Below, in pieces: positions 39,549-52,029 of a DNA stretch of 64,000 nt. Source of the stretch: Selaginella moellendorffii (lineage: Eukaryota > Plantae > Lycopodiophyta); NCBI RefSeq assembly GCF_000143415.4, contig NW_003314377.1, forward strand, positions 310,001 through 374,000. Direction: 5' to 3'. The notes beneath the pieces are model-generated. The model had not been told where the DNA came from, did no database searches, and saw only the letters and a program-made list of their open reading frames with translations. Each line of letters opens with the position of its first letter. The first letter of the stretch is position 1. The position numbers were made by a program, and so were the translations under genes.

Positions 39549-41955
39549 TCAGCTCAGCCACCTCGCCACGCCATCGTCCTCTCCCACGGCTGCCAGTACC
39601 TCCATTGACACGTCCATGGACACCTTTATGAGTTGTGACAGTGAGGAGTCAGTGAAAGAGAGAAAAATGAAAGAGACGCCGCGCTGGATAGCGCTACTTA
39701 CCCCTCTGAATTTGCTATTCACGAGCGTACAGTCGCTCAGCTGGGACCCTTCGAGCACCCAGCTCTCCCACATATCGAAATTGTGGTTGAGGAACACGAG
39801 CTCCGATTTCTTGTTGGACTGCACACACACATAAAAGCATTGACAGGAGATAAAACATAAGATCGAGGAGAACCTGTAGAAGCTTTCCACCAGCAGCCAG
39901 TGATCTCAAACCAAGACGATCCTGAAACCAAAGAGAAGAACATAGAAATGTTTAGTCCTGTGTAAGAGAGCTATGGAAAAATGAAAAAAAACGTACTCTA
40001 TTTCGTAGCACCACGAGGAACTGAGCAGCAGGATCTCTGGGAGTGACATCCGACATGACGTCCAGGCACCACCTTCGTCCGGGACCTTTCTGCCGAGCAA
40101 CGTAGTAACCATTCCCAGTCACTGGACGGACAGCAACGACGTAGCCTTCCTTCAGCACATCGATCGCTTGAAGGTCCTGCACGGACTCGCTAGCCGGTTT
40201 CTCCGAGCTCACGTCCGCGTCTTCGCGTCGGGCCTTGGAATCGTCGGGCGAGGTGAAACGGGAAGTTGAATTCACCGCTTGGTCTCTCCCGCTTGTGCCC
40301 CCGGGATCATCTCTTTGCAATGCCACCCAGTTAGCATCTCTCTCCGGAACTGGGAACGATTCTGGCACCTGGTGAGATTTCCGTCTCGAGCCCCTCTTCT
40401 TCGACTTCTTTCCCGATTTGTTGTACATACTGCGAGCCTCGCGGATCTCCTGTGGCGGATAAACAAGCTGCTTCCGGTGAAACTGCTGGCCGGTCTGCGA
40501 GTCTGCAATCCACTGATCGTCTTCTTTGGCACTTTCTCTCTCGAACCGCTCATGCTTCTCTTCCTGCCAGTCCTCTTCGTCCTCTGAAACAGAACTCGCA
40601 GGAATAACTCCATTGACAAGATAGGACCTCAGCAGAGAAAATGCCTTTAACCGGATTTCGTTCCACGCATCGTCACTGTAATCGGCACTCCGAGGAAGAA
40701 TTAACACGTTTGACATCTCCCTGACCTGTAGAAACACGAGTCAAGTTCCAAACATGTCGCATAAAAAAACCAGGTGCTTACCCACGCTTCCAGCCATTGC
40801 GGACCTTCGACGCCATCCAAAGCGCAGCCAGCAATGATGCCGTCAATGAGAGCTTGCTTCACAGCGCAGTCGTCGAGTAGATGGCAGCTGCTTGAATTCA
40901 CAATAATAGCCCCTGAGCGAAAGCACGCTGAGCTCGTCAACAAAAATTCGTGTAACACTAGAATGCGGTCATTCACGCATGGCATGCAAACGAAACCAAA
41001 AAAGAAAAAGAGAAAAAGGGTACCTGGTTTGATGTACTGCAAAGCTTCGGCGTTTATAATCTGGACGGTGTCGTTGGTGAGCGGGCAGTGAAGCGAAACC
41101 ACATCACTTTGAGAAAGAAGCTCATTCAGACTTTCCACTTTGGTAGCAAACGCAGGAAAAGACTTGCGAGTCTGCTCTTTCACCTGATAGAAAATCCACA
41201 AACAAAGTTAGCAGCTCCCTCGAAAGCACCATCAAAAAAAAATCCACAACAAAGTTAGCAGCTCCCTCACAAGCACTAAGGAAAAAAAAAATTCTTACCT
41301 CTTCGGTCTCATAGTATATCACTCTCATCTTAAACGCCAGGCAGCGAACCGCAAGAGCACAGGCGGATGGCGTCCGACCAACGATCCCCATGACGAGCCC
41401 CCGGCATCTCCTCATCCCCTTGCACAGCGGCTGGATCGATCCCAGCCAGCCAGCGCTTGCAAATCCCTGAGCCGAGAGAGAATGCGTGTGCCTCAGCAAT
41501 CCCAGGAGCAACGCCATGACCGTGTCGGCAATCTCCTCGCCCCTCCCACAATCCACATGAACGAGCTTGAGTCCCATCTCGGCCGCCGCGGCGGAATCCG
41601 CCGGCTTGTTAATAGATCCCAGGCAGAGAATCAGCTGCCAGGGCTGGAGCCGCCGCTGCGCCGCGCGGGGGAGATCCAGGGAATGGATGATCACGGCCGC
41701 CGCAGTCTCCAGCTTGCCCTCGGCAATCTGCGCGAGGTTGAGGTGCTCCAGCGTCGCAATGCCGGCCAGAGCATCGGCATTGAGGATCTGCCAATCCTCG
41801 AGGCAATTCAGCGCGACGACGAGAGGAAGCCCAGGGATCCCCGCCGCCGCTGCCCCGGCCACTTCCTTGACGATCTTGCTGCTGTTGCCCACTGCGTAGC
41901 TCGGATTTTGCGAGGTGGCGCCATTGCCGGGGGAGCTCACATCGACCTTGGTCAT
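39549..41955 (-). CDS. AN: ANGUSTIFOLIA (plant CtBP/BARS-like), multi-exon
   Basis: PLVVALNCLED, EEIADTVMALLLGLLR, GWLGSIQPLCKGMRRCRGLV, SDVVSLHC, DGVEGPQWLEAW, VLILPRSADYS. Confidence 0.95.
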
Positions 41956-42209
41956 CCTGGCTTGCAAATCTGGCCAATGCTCCCTCTAGGCTCTGGATTT
42001 CCCCCGCATTCTCTCCTGGATGCCAAAGCCCTAGCTAGCCCTAGCCCTAAAACTTGGCATTTATGAATAATCTTTATTTTATTCTACTATAGAGAATCGA
42101 GCCCGAAACGTTTGTTTAGAGAGGCCGATGTCCTAACTGACTGGTCTAAGCTGTTTTTGTGAGCTTGCGAGCCAGAATAGCGGCTACTTATTGAGCAAAA
42201 TATTTGCAT

Positions 42210-42311
42210 AAAAGTCCTTGTTGAGTGGACCCTTCGGCATCGAACCCGGGTCTTGTACAACGGTTTACCTCTACACTTACCTGATAGCCATCATCTCGGC
42301 AACCGGGTTCC
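42210..42311 (-). ncRNA. Putative Pol III tRNA-derived small RNA, copy 1 (unassigned family)
   Basis: Minus strand carries A-box-like TTGCCGAGATG (42292-42302), B-box GGTTCGATGCC (42236-42246), and a GTCC/GGAC hairpin followed by TTTT. Three near-identical copies with diverged flanks. Confidence 0.65.
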
Positions 42312-42689
42312 CGTAATAAAAAAATCATACCATGTACTTGAACCATGTGTCTTTGCGAAATCCATTTAGATCGCCCATTATCCCGCGCATTCGTCCTGCT
42401 GGGCGTTTCGTCCCCGTCTGGTTTTAGTAGGACAGGATTTAGATGAATCGATCATCGTGGCAGCGCTCTATCGCCTCGCCGCCCACCCTCTCCCATCGCG
42501 GTTCTAAATGCTTCTCGCGAAGGAAGGAAAATTTCACAGGAGTGATTCAAACTAAAATCGAGCAGACCCTCTTGGCTCACTGAGAGTAAAACAATGCTCT
42601 CCTCGGCTGCGCCTTACCGTGTATCAGGCTTCCTCCAGGAGTTTCACAGAGTCAGCGGGAAAAGGCAGCACTGGCAGAGAGTGGCACAA

Positions 42690-43866
42690 GCAACAAAAGG
42701 TTTGAATAAGCTCTACATTTTTCCTCCCATTTCATTGCCACCATGGCCGCTGACTGCTGTAAAACTTCTAATGCTAGCTTTAGTATTGAACACAAGAAAG
42801 TGTAACATTAGCTTGCCATCCAGCAACTTTGCGCTGCTTCGTTTTCACCAAGATTGATAAAAGATAAAAACAACCAGTTCCAAGCCTGAAGCCTCATGAT
42901 AAATCCAGCTCAAGAAGAAAGTTTTTAACTTCCCAGGCTGTACATATTGAAAACTCTCCTCCATGGATCTAGCAAAGCGCAGCTAGATCGATTTTTAACA
43001 GCCGGAAGCTATAAGAGAAGCTCTCCCAAAGCTCCTGGGTTACCTTGTTGGCTCGCGTTTCTCTTTGTGTGGTGGATGGGAAACGCAAGCGTCTACATTG
43101 TTCTCTCGAAATACCTCTGGAGTAGTCTGGACAGAATGATTTCTCCGAGAGCCCATTTACAGCCACACCAATTATCACCACCAGTATCATCACTTCGTTT
43201 CTCAGCCACTTGATGAGCTTTTGGCGCTTCTGCTTCCCAAGAGCGTATGGACAGATGAAATCCACGGTTTTGCATCCGGAGGATGCTCGTCGATGTGAAG
43301 AAATCCCTGCATGAATGGAACAGCAACATCAAGATCTCTTCCAAAACAATCAGCAATATCACAAACCTTGTCATACTGGATCGTCAATGTTGCAATAGAA
43401 ACTCGCAGAGCAATCTCCACGGCAGCAGGAGCTTTGCGATCTTCCGCTGGTGTGACTCTCATCAGTCTGAACTCCACGTTTCGGGCATCCTGTAGGTGTG
43501 GCCATACAAACAAACATACCACGGAACCATCTGGAGGATCATAATGTCATACCTGGAAACAGTCCCGGGAGCATCTTTTGCCCGAAACGAAATGACGATG
43601 GATCCCCTTGCATTCTCGCTGTCAGCCAAGGGCGAGCCCAAGACCAATCCACCGGAGCTCTCCAAGTTCAAACTCGCTGTGTGTGCCATAAAAGAGAGCC
43701 TGAAGACGACGCGAGCACCCGACTTGGAGCAGAACTGAGGCTAAAAACACGATTATCCACGAAGTTGGTGCCTGTTTCGACCAAATGCTTCGCCAAGCTC
43801 TCCTCCAGCTCCAAATGGACACTACTTGTAGTTGCAAGCGGGCACTTGCCTTCCAGCTTTGTTTGA
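42690..43866 (-). pseudogene. Inverted, deletion-riddled copy of the 3' part of PIG-T, including an intron and 3' flank
   Basis: KLEGKCPLATTSS, TPAEDRKAPAAVEIALRVSIA and QGFLHIDEHPPDA match 45700-47460 in reverse. Frameshifts and deletions. Confidence 0.9.
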
Positions 43867-43876
43867 GACAAACATC

Positions 43877-43945
43877 CGGCTTGCCCTCGGCAGCAATCTG
43901 CACGAGGTTGAGGTGAATCCTTCAGCGCGACAACGTAGCTCGGCT
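43877..43945 (-). pseudogene. Collapsed fragment of AN exon 1
   Basis: GCTTGCCCTCGGC, GCAATCTGCACGAGGTTGAGGTG, TTCAGCGCGAC and GTAGCTCGG match separate parts of 41710-41905. Confidence 0.8.
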
Positions 43946-44098
43946 TGTGCACCTCGGTCAAATATTTATAATATCGAGAAAAGAATCGAACCAGAAACAT
44001 ATGGTTTGGGAGACTGAGGTCCTAACTGACTGGTCTAAGCTCTTTTAGTGAGCTGGCGAACCAGAATAATGGCTCCTTATTTAGTAAATTTTTTGCAT

Positions 44099-44200
44099 AA
44101 AAGTCCTTGTTGAGTGGACCCTTCGGCATCGAACCCGGGTCTCGTACAACGGTTTACCTCTACACTTACCTGGTAGCCATCATCTCAGCAACCGGGTTCC
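44099..44200 (-). ncRNA. Putative Pol III tRNA-derived small RNA, copy 2
   Basis: 3 substitutions vs copy 1, two of which preserve the 5' stem on the minus strand. Confidence 0.65.
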
Positions 44201-44790
44201 AATAAAAAATATCATACCATGTAGTTAAACGGGTACCCGAGGAGATTATTCCCCGTCCCTGAGAGGCGCGAATCGGTGGTGATTCCATCCGAGCTGGCAG
44301 CGAGCGCCTCGAATGCGCCTCTTTTCTCCTGGTTCCAGTAATAAAATATCGTACCATCTACTTGAACCAATATGACAATATGGGTGCATTCGAGGCTGGC
44401 GTTTCGTCTTTGGGAGAATCCCTTCCAGATTTTGGAGCTAGGAGGACAGGATCTACCGAGGGAACGATCTCGTGCTTGATTGCCATGGCCACGCTCAATC
44501 ACCTTGCCTCTTCCAGGATGCTTGATGCCAGGAACAAGAAGCGAGCGGCCGGATGAAAACTCTCGTGGAAGCCTGCCAAGGAGCTCCATCGCGATTCTAA
44601 ATGAAGCGCGCGATGGCACTCGCGGGCTCCCAACAGGCTTGTGCCTACGGTCCTGTGGCTATACGTTTTCAGCGCTAATTCTCGACAGGGAGCTCCACGA
44701 GCTTGACTACTCACATTTTAGGGCTCTTGAGATTGAGATTATTCCAGTAATATTCTTACTGTACGGTAGAACTTGGAAGAACCCTAAAGT

Positions 44791-46951
44791 ATGGATCTTC
44801 CTTTTGCCCTTGCTTTTGTTCTTCTTCTGACCTCTTGCTATGCGATCGATGAGGACTTTTCCGAGGAGCTGTTGCTGCGTCCGCTCCCCGACGGCAATGT
44901 GCTCGCTCATTTCCACTTCGCCAGCACATTGCCGCCCGTCGATCACTACGGCGTGCATCACCGGCTCTTCCCCAAGGCCATCTTCCAGCTCGTAAGTCCT
45001 CAAATCCCTTCTCCAGGAAACGATGATAAGAGAATCGCTTGGAACAGGTCCGGAAGTTTCGAATCAAGGAAATGGAGCTCTCCTTCACGCAAGGGCGATG
45101 GAACTACCAGCGCTGGGGCGTGGGCGATCCGATCGCACAGCTCGCCGCCAAGCCAGTGGGAGTGGAGCTTACGGCATCTCTCGACGTTCCAGAGGCAGAG
45201 GTGGATTCGACGTGGGGAAACCTCACGCACGCTCTCTCGGGCCTCTTTTGCGCCTCGATCAACTTCCTCGAGTCGCCAACTACGTTCTTGGAGCCGTGGT
45301 TCTCGTGGAGGCCCGAGGCAAACTGGACAGGAGGAGGAGGAGCTTTCGACGCTCCCGGCGTGAAGAGGGTGGTGAAAGGAAAGAAATGGAGCAAGAGCTC
45401 GAGAACCAGGTATGGAGCACTCCCGAGAGAAGCAGTCTGTACGGAGAACCTCACGCCATGGCTCAAGCTTCTCCCGTGTAGAGACAAGGCTGGGCTCACG
45501 ACGCTCCTGGACAGGCCGACGATTTACAGTGGTATGTACCATTCCCAGAGGCTGATTATCACTTCCGGTGACTTCGATCGAGACGAAGAAGGCACGACGT
45601 TGGAGCAAACCTTGACGGTTGTTTTGCGAAAGCCAGCAGTTTCAGAAGGTCTGTCTTCCAAGCTGCAAGACTGGACACTCTCCGGGTTGTTTGGCTCAAA
45701 GCTGGAAGGCAAGTGCCCGCTTGCAACTACAAGTAGTGTCTATCTGGAGCTGGAGGAGAGCTTGGCGAAGCACTTGGCTGGAGATCTCAGCAAAGAAACA
45801 CGCATCAACTTCGTGGACAATCGTGTTTTCAGCCTCAGCTCTGCTCCAAGTCGGGTGCTCGCCTCCCTTTCAGGCTCTCTTTTACTCGAGTATGAAGCTG
45901 GCACGCACAGCGAGCTTGATCTTGGAGTCACTTGGAGAGCCCCGGTGGATTGGTCTCCTGCTCGGGGTCGGTTCTACACAAGCCGGTACTTGGCTGGCAG
46001 CGGGAATGCAAGGGGATCCATCGTCATTTCTTTTCGGGCAAATGATGGTCCTTCTGGGGACTGTTACTCTCCAGGTATCGAGGCAGTCGAGTACGTCGAC
46101 ATTATGATCCTCCAGATGATACCGTGGTATGTTCGTTTGTATGGCCACACGCTACAGGTTTCGTTGGATGGCCGAAACGTGGAGTTTTGGTCCGTGGTTA
46201 GACTGATGAGATTCACACCAGCAGAAGATCGCAAAGCTCCTGCTGCTGTGGAGATTGCTCTGCGAGTTTCTATTGCAACCCAGGCCGTAACTCTGACGAT
46301 CCAATATGACAAGGTTTGTGATATTGCTGGTTGTTTTGGAAGAGATCTTGATGTTTGCTGTTTCATTCATGCAGGGATTTCTTCACATCGACGAGCATCC
46401 TCCAGATGCAAACCGTGGATTTGATCTGCCTTCCGCAGTTATCACTTTCCCAAGGTGCCGTGTGTTCAAACAATTCCAAAGTGATGATGTCGGTCACTCG
46501 CACATTTTGGCTGTTGTTCAGGTAGTCGATTGTTTTGTTTTTCCAAGTCCGAGTTTTGTCTTTGCTCTCCTCTTACAGAGCCAGCGTCCAATGCAAATAT
46601 ATAGCGAAGTTTCATTGATGCAACTGGCCACACCGGATTTCAGCATGCCGTACAACGTGATCACCCTGACGTGCACAGTTCTTGCGCTGTACTTTGGCTC
46701 GCTGTTAAACGCTCTGAGGCGAAGGATAGGCGAGGAAGAACGAGAAAGCAAAGGTACCTAGAGTTATCTCCCCATCCATTCCAAGCTCTCGTTCTTATGC
46801 CATTTGTTCTTGACAAGCAGAAGGGAAGAAGGCGGGGCTTCTGAGCCAAAAGCTCAAGTGGCTGAGAAACGAGAAGCACATGAGAGTGATCAAGGTGATA
46901 CTGGTGGTGATAATTGGTGTGGCTGTAAATCACTACTTGAGCTCGTCATGA
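44791..46951 (+). CDS. PIG-T: GPI transamidase subunit PIG-T/GPI16, multi-exon
   Basis: Signal peptide, FSEELLLRPLPDG, SGLFCASIN, LPREAVCTENLTPWLKLLPC, PPDANRGFD, LATPDFSMPYNVI, C-terminal TM segment. Confidence 0.96.
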
Positions 46952-48619
46952 TGGCACTCTGGGCTCTCGGAGAAATCATTCTGTCCAGACTCCTCTGGAG
47001 GTATTTCGAGAGAACAAAAAAATGTGAAAACTGGCGCTTGCATTTTCCATACACCTGACAGAAAGAGAAAAGCGAGGAGCTTTGGGACAGCTTCTCTTGT
47101 AGCTTCCGGGCGATAAAAACTGCTCTTTGCTAGATCCATGGAGGAAGATGTACAAGTTAAAAACTCTTTTCTTGGGTTGGATACTTATATCTGTATAGGG
47201 GTTTTCCTTAAGGAGTTTAGGATCAGGTGTCCGTTCTTGCCTTTGAAGGATCTGTGCTTGGCTGGTTTTATATCTTTTATGCATCTTGGCGAAAACGAAG
47301 CAGCAAAGTTGCTGGATTGCAAGCTAATGTTACACTTTCTTGTGTTTGATACTAAAGCTAACAATAAGGAGAAACTTTAAGCAAAAGAAGTATAAGTGGA
47401 GAACTTTTGTTCCACAGTAGTAGGGGCAACCATGGTGCTAATGAAAATCTTATGTTGCTCTTTTGCCTCTTGCAAGTGCTGAGAGGTGAGTATTGTTTTA
47501 TTCTTAGTAGCTTCTGTTGTTCAAGTGCTGGTGTTTAAAGACTTATTAGAGTTCACTTTAGTTGTTTTAGTTCCTTCCATCTCTATACCACTTTAAAGTA
47601 TTAAAATACAGTTTTTATTATTTGTTAGAAAAATGTTGTATTTTTTGTTCGTCTAAAAACCTTTTCAAAATTAACGAATATTCACTTACAATTCTGCTTT
47701 GCCGCTCCATATGTAATATTAATCAATAGCGTTTTGAGGGTCTTGAAGCACCTTAATGAAAGCATGAGACAACAATGCAATGGATGCAAATTAAAAAGGT
47801 TACCACTCAATGGAGGAACTCAACGAAATTCGATTTGGAACATTACAGGCGGGCTAGGACGTGAACACACTGTAATCCTGCAGCGGAGGTGCAGCGGCCA
47901 CCAAATTCTTTTCAGTAGTCATATGATTTGTCCAAAACATTCTTGCAGTACCATTAGAAAGACACTCATACAGCCAGCTTTGAAATCTTGAGAGCTGCAA
48001 CAAGCATCAAAATCCACGCACAACCAAGCGTGCCATTCGCTTCCCTCCCAGCAATCAAGCACTTTTTAACTCGAAAGAAGGGAGCACACGGCTGAGACTC
48101 ACTGCTGAAGGAGACAACGCGCCACTATACAATGAGGGCAGTTTTGGTGGTCGCTTTAATTTGGAGTCAAAGAGCTAGCAAAGATGGTGTAAACAGAAAG
48201 ATAGACTTTAAGAACAAGGCCTTCTGGTTTTGATGACGAGGTTTCCGTCCTGTAATCCAAGAATGCCTTCTGCTTCGCAGCCGAAACCAACAAGTTCATT
48301 CAAACCAAGTTCATTCAAAGTTCAAGTTCAGCGTTTACATGTAAACCTAGCTATGTTAACAAAGTCATTCTTGCGCATTATATGTGTAGCTTTTTATTTG
48401 TTATCTAATTATTAATTATTTTCTCAAAATTGTATAAAAAGACCTCATAATTCGTGGGAAAATAATAACCTAAATATTTTAATAATAATAGAGTTTCTAA
48501 ATAATATTTTATATTTAATTTTAATTTGATAAAAAATATAATACAAGGATGACATGTATAAGTCCAGTATCTAATGTTTATCTATACATTTCTTCAATAA
48601 ACTCTTTTTCAATTAGAGT

Positions 48620-50275
48620 TATGCATAAAACATAAAAATAAAAAAAATCATAACCCATATTATGAAACATTTGTATTTCCCATGATAACATTTATGATAT
48701 TTTTAGCATGTCTAGGTGGTTTTTCAACAGCATAGTGAAGAGTTACTATTAATCTTGATAATAGTATAGCATAATATAAGTTTCCAAAGTTTAGTGAAAT
48801 ACAAATTCATAAAGTTTCACCAAAGAGTAAATTGTACAAACATCATTTTAATATTGATGTTTCTACTTTTTTTCCAAATGTCATGCCATTGGAATATCAT
48901 TGGAGCACCAAAATAAACTTTTATAAACTTTGAATTCAATATATTAAACTAATCAATTTAGGATATAATTATTATACTTACAATTATCTAAAGAAAAAAG
49001 AAACTATACCTTTTATTTATTCTATAGTATACACAATAGAAAAAAATATTTTAACTTTTAATTTTTGAAATTCAAAATATATATAAATTTCTCTTTTAAA
49101 GTGAATATGGTAGCTACTCCTTGTTCTAAAATTTTAATTTCATTATAATCTATAATAAAATATTTTAAGTTTTAGTAAATATAAAAACTCTAGTTTAACA
49201 AATAAAAATTATATTTTTTATATAAAACATTAATCTCTTTGTAAAAAGGACATTTGTCAATTAAGCTACCCTTCTCAATATCATTTTTGTATAAGACAAT
49301 TGCAATAACATCATTACAAGCAAGTAAATCAAACTAACTACCAAATTTCTAAATTGAAAAATATACAATAAACATGCCTTATTCATAATAGGTATTGATT
49401 TAGGCAAGTAGTAGATGCAACTTCTTGATTTAAATGAAAGTGCTTCCTCTAATTAAATTAAGTTTACTCAATTTCTTAGTGCTTAAATTGTTATGTCACA
49501 TTGAATGGTGAGCCATTAAATATATACTTACAAATTCCTAATTAAGTATATATATATATTGAGTTCTAGTATTCGTGAATTTGAAATTTTATGATGCTGA
49601 TTTCTACATTGTACCATCAAAAGGTTTATTTATCCTATTTATATATCTAATATTTAAGGTATATATAAAAAAAATTTAATAAACTATTTCTTAATAGGAG
49701 ATATGCATAATATAAAAATTAAAAACTAATTTTGAATGCTCATATTAATAAATGTTTGTATTGTTGTGATAACATTTATGACATTGTTAGTATATTTGAG
49801 TGGTTTTTCAACAGTAGAATGAAAAGTTATTACCAATATTTCTAATGTTATGACACATTATATGTTTTCAGTGTTTTGCAAAACAAAATTTTATGGAATT
49901 TCACTAAAGAGTAAAGATTGATATTTTTACTGCTTTTTCTAAATGCCACACCATTGAAACTTCATTAGAGCACATAAATAAAATTTATAAACTCTAAATT
50001 TATTATATAAAACAAATAAATTTATGATATAATTGTTATGTTTACAATTTTCTAAAGCAAAAATAATTTATAAAATTTTAAAAAGATATATAAGTTTCTT
50101 TTGAAGTGAATATAATATTTAATCCTTGTTCTAACTTTTTAAATTAATTGTAATCTAACATAAAAAATGAGTAAATATATAGAGTTTCTAGTTTAACAAC
50201 TACAGCAAAGTCATTTGTCTTAGAAGATAATTGCAATAACATTGTTGTAGGCAACAAAGTCAAACTACTTGCCAA
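48620..50275. repeat. Diverged AT-rich direct repeat (~48620-49345 and ~49700-50275)
   Basis: Collinear shared blocks TGATAACATTTATGA, GTGGTTTTTCAACAG, AAGAGTAAA, CCTTGTTCTAA, CTAGTTTAACAA and AATTGCAATAACAT. Confidence 0.75.
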
Positions 50276-50394
50276 ATAGAAGAAATTTTTGCATAGGATA
50301 AATAAACCTCCTTAAATGGAATGATCTAAAAAGCAACAATTGAATTAAGCTATAAAATCTCAAATTCACAAATACTAGGACTAACAACATATAC

Positions 50395-50900
50395 TTGACT
50401 AAGACGTACACCATCTATAAGTATATATTTATTGACTCACCCTTCAATAGGACAATGTATTCAATAATTTTGAATGTCAAGAAATTGAGTAAATTTTGTT
50501 CAATTGGTAGACTTGCCTACACCAGTACCCATTGTGGAGTCACCAATGCAAAATTCTATGAGGCTAAAGGTGTTGGTTCTATTCTCATTGAGCTTAACAA
50601 ATGGCACTATACACATGTCCCAGAAATGCAAGAAAATTTGTTATCTATGAAAAGCCTTTTTTATACTACTCTTCAATTTCTGGAGATCAACACAGTATTA
50701 CTTTTTATTTTGATGTGGTCAAGGTGATGCACAGTACCTATTTACAAGTTTGATGCTAGTTTAGTGCCTCTCCTTGTCAAAGAATCTAAGATGGCACTGG
50801 TTCTAGCATAAAAAATATGGAAGTAGAAATGTCGCATACACTTTGGGATTGCTTGCTGATCCTCTATCCCACCTCTTATTGGTTATGGACAAGATCAGGC
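50395..50900 (+). mobile_element. Ty1/copia pol remnant (protease region)
   Basis: YEAKGVGSILIEL...HVPEMQENLLSMKSL resembles the copia G.G.V...YVP.L..NLLSV segment. Degenerate, boundaries uncertain. Confidence 0.55.
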
Positions 50901-51629
50901 TTTTTTCACATTAAAGCCTTCCTTTCTTAATAATGTTATGAAAGATCAGTAGTCCAGTGGTGCCATGCAAAAGAATATTTGTGATAGTTACTCATTTTAT
51001 GCCCTAGATAACAATTGAAAGTTCGTGGCATTTGGTGCGGTGACAACTGGGACGCTTCCAGATAGAACAGAAAGTGGTAGTTCTGCACCATCAAGCTCCT
51101 GCTGCTCTCACTAGCAATAATCAAGAGGTACGAGAGATTTAGTTCTCCTGTGGCAGATCAATGCACCATGGAAGTCTGGCTAGTAAATATCCTTGATGCG
51201 TCTCAAGAATCGGGGTGATTTTTGGGTGCTAAAATCGGGAGGAGTATCAAGCTCGGGCAGGACGGCAGTCTCTCCGAGAAAAAGCGGGCTTGTTTGATTC
51301 CCCCAAACCCACCAGGCACATGGAGAACTTCGTCCACTTGAGCTGCCTGAGGATGGAATTGCCTGTTCGTGACAGGAATGGATGGTGAATGTGTGGCGTC
51401 GATGCTCCAAGCACAGCCCTGAACCTGGAAAGATCACACCGAAAGCTTACAAAGTCTACTTCTCTGGAAGTTCATACCTCTCAACCTTGGTCCCTGAAAA
51501 CGTATCCCGCCGCCAGGGCGCCAAACACAAGGTCAGCGTCGAGAAAGCTACACTGCGAGGAGGAGGAGGAGCGACAGGAGGAGCGCCTGCGATCGATCAT
51601 GTCTTGTCAATGGAATCAGACGAGACAAG

Positions 51630-51765
51630 AGAATCAGCTGCCAGGGCTGGAGCCGCCGCTGCGCCGATAGGCCAGGAAATGGATTATCACAGCCGCCGCA
51701 GTCTCCAGCTTGCCCACGTCAATCTGCGCAACTCCAGCGTCGCGATGCCAGAGCATCCGCATTGA
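51630..51765 (-). pseudogene. Second AN exon-1 fragment
   Basis: AGAATCAGCTGCCAGGGCTGGAGCCGCCGCTGCGCCG... matches 41627-41783 with deletions. Confidence 0.88.
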
Positions 51766-51927
51766 TGATCGACGATGATTCAGTATTTGGTATTTACAAA
51801 TATCGGGAAGAGAATCGAACCCGAAACGTTTGTTTTGGGAGACCGATGTCCTAAATGACTGGTCTAAGCTGTTTTTGTGAGCCGGCGAACCAGAATAATG
51901 GCTCCTTATTTAGCAAAATTTTTGCAT

Positions 51928-52029
51928 AAAAGTCCTTGTTGAGTGGACCCTTCGGCATCGAACCCGGGTCTTCTACAACGGTTTACCTCTACACTTACCT
52001 GATAGCCATCATCTCGGCAACCGGGTTCC
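51928..52029 (-). ncRNA. Putative Pol III tRNA-derived small RNA, copy 3
   Basis: 1 substitution vs copy 1. Confidence 0.65.

Noticed and set aside
42128-42190. Twister-like or HDV-like ribozyme (TAA...CTGGTCTAAGC...CCAG)
   Set aside because: The required pseudoknot pairings could not be built, and this flank is diverged between copies.
42222-42311. Functional tRNA gene
   Set aside because: T-stem and acceptor stem do not pair properly, the D-loop GG is missing, and there is no credible anticodon arm.
42273-42345. U1 snRNA gene (plus-strand ACACTTACCTG)
   Set aside because: Only the first ~11 nt match. No U1 stem-loop II (CATTGCAC), no Sm site and no USE/TATA, and the substitution pattern favours the minus strand.
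50936-51620. Short ORFs upstream of the second AN fragment
   Set aside because: No recognisable motifs or consistent frame. May be decayed gene fragments but cannot be assigned.
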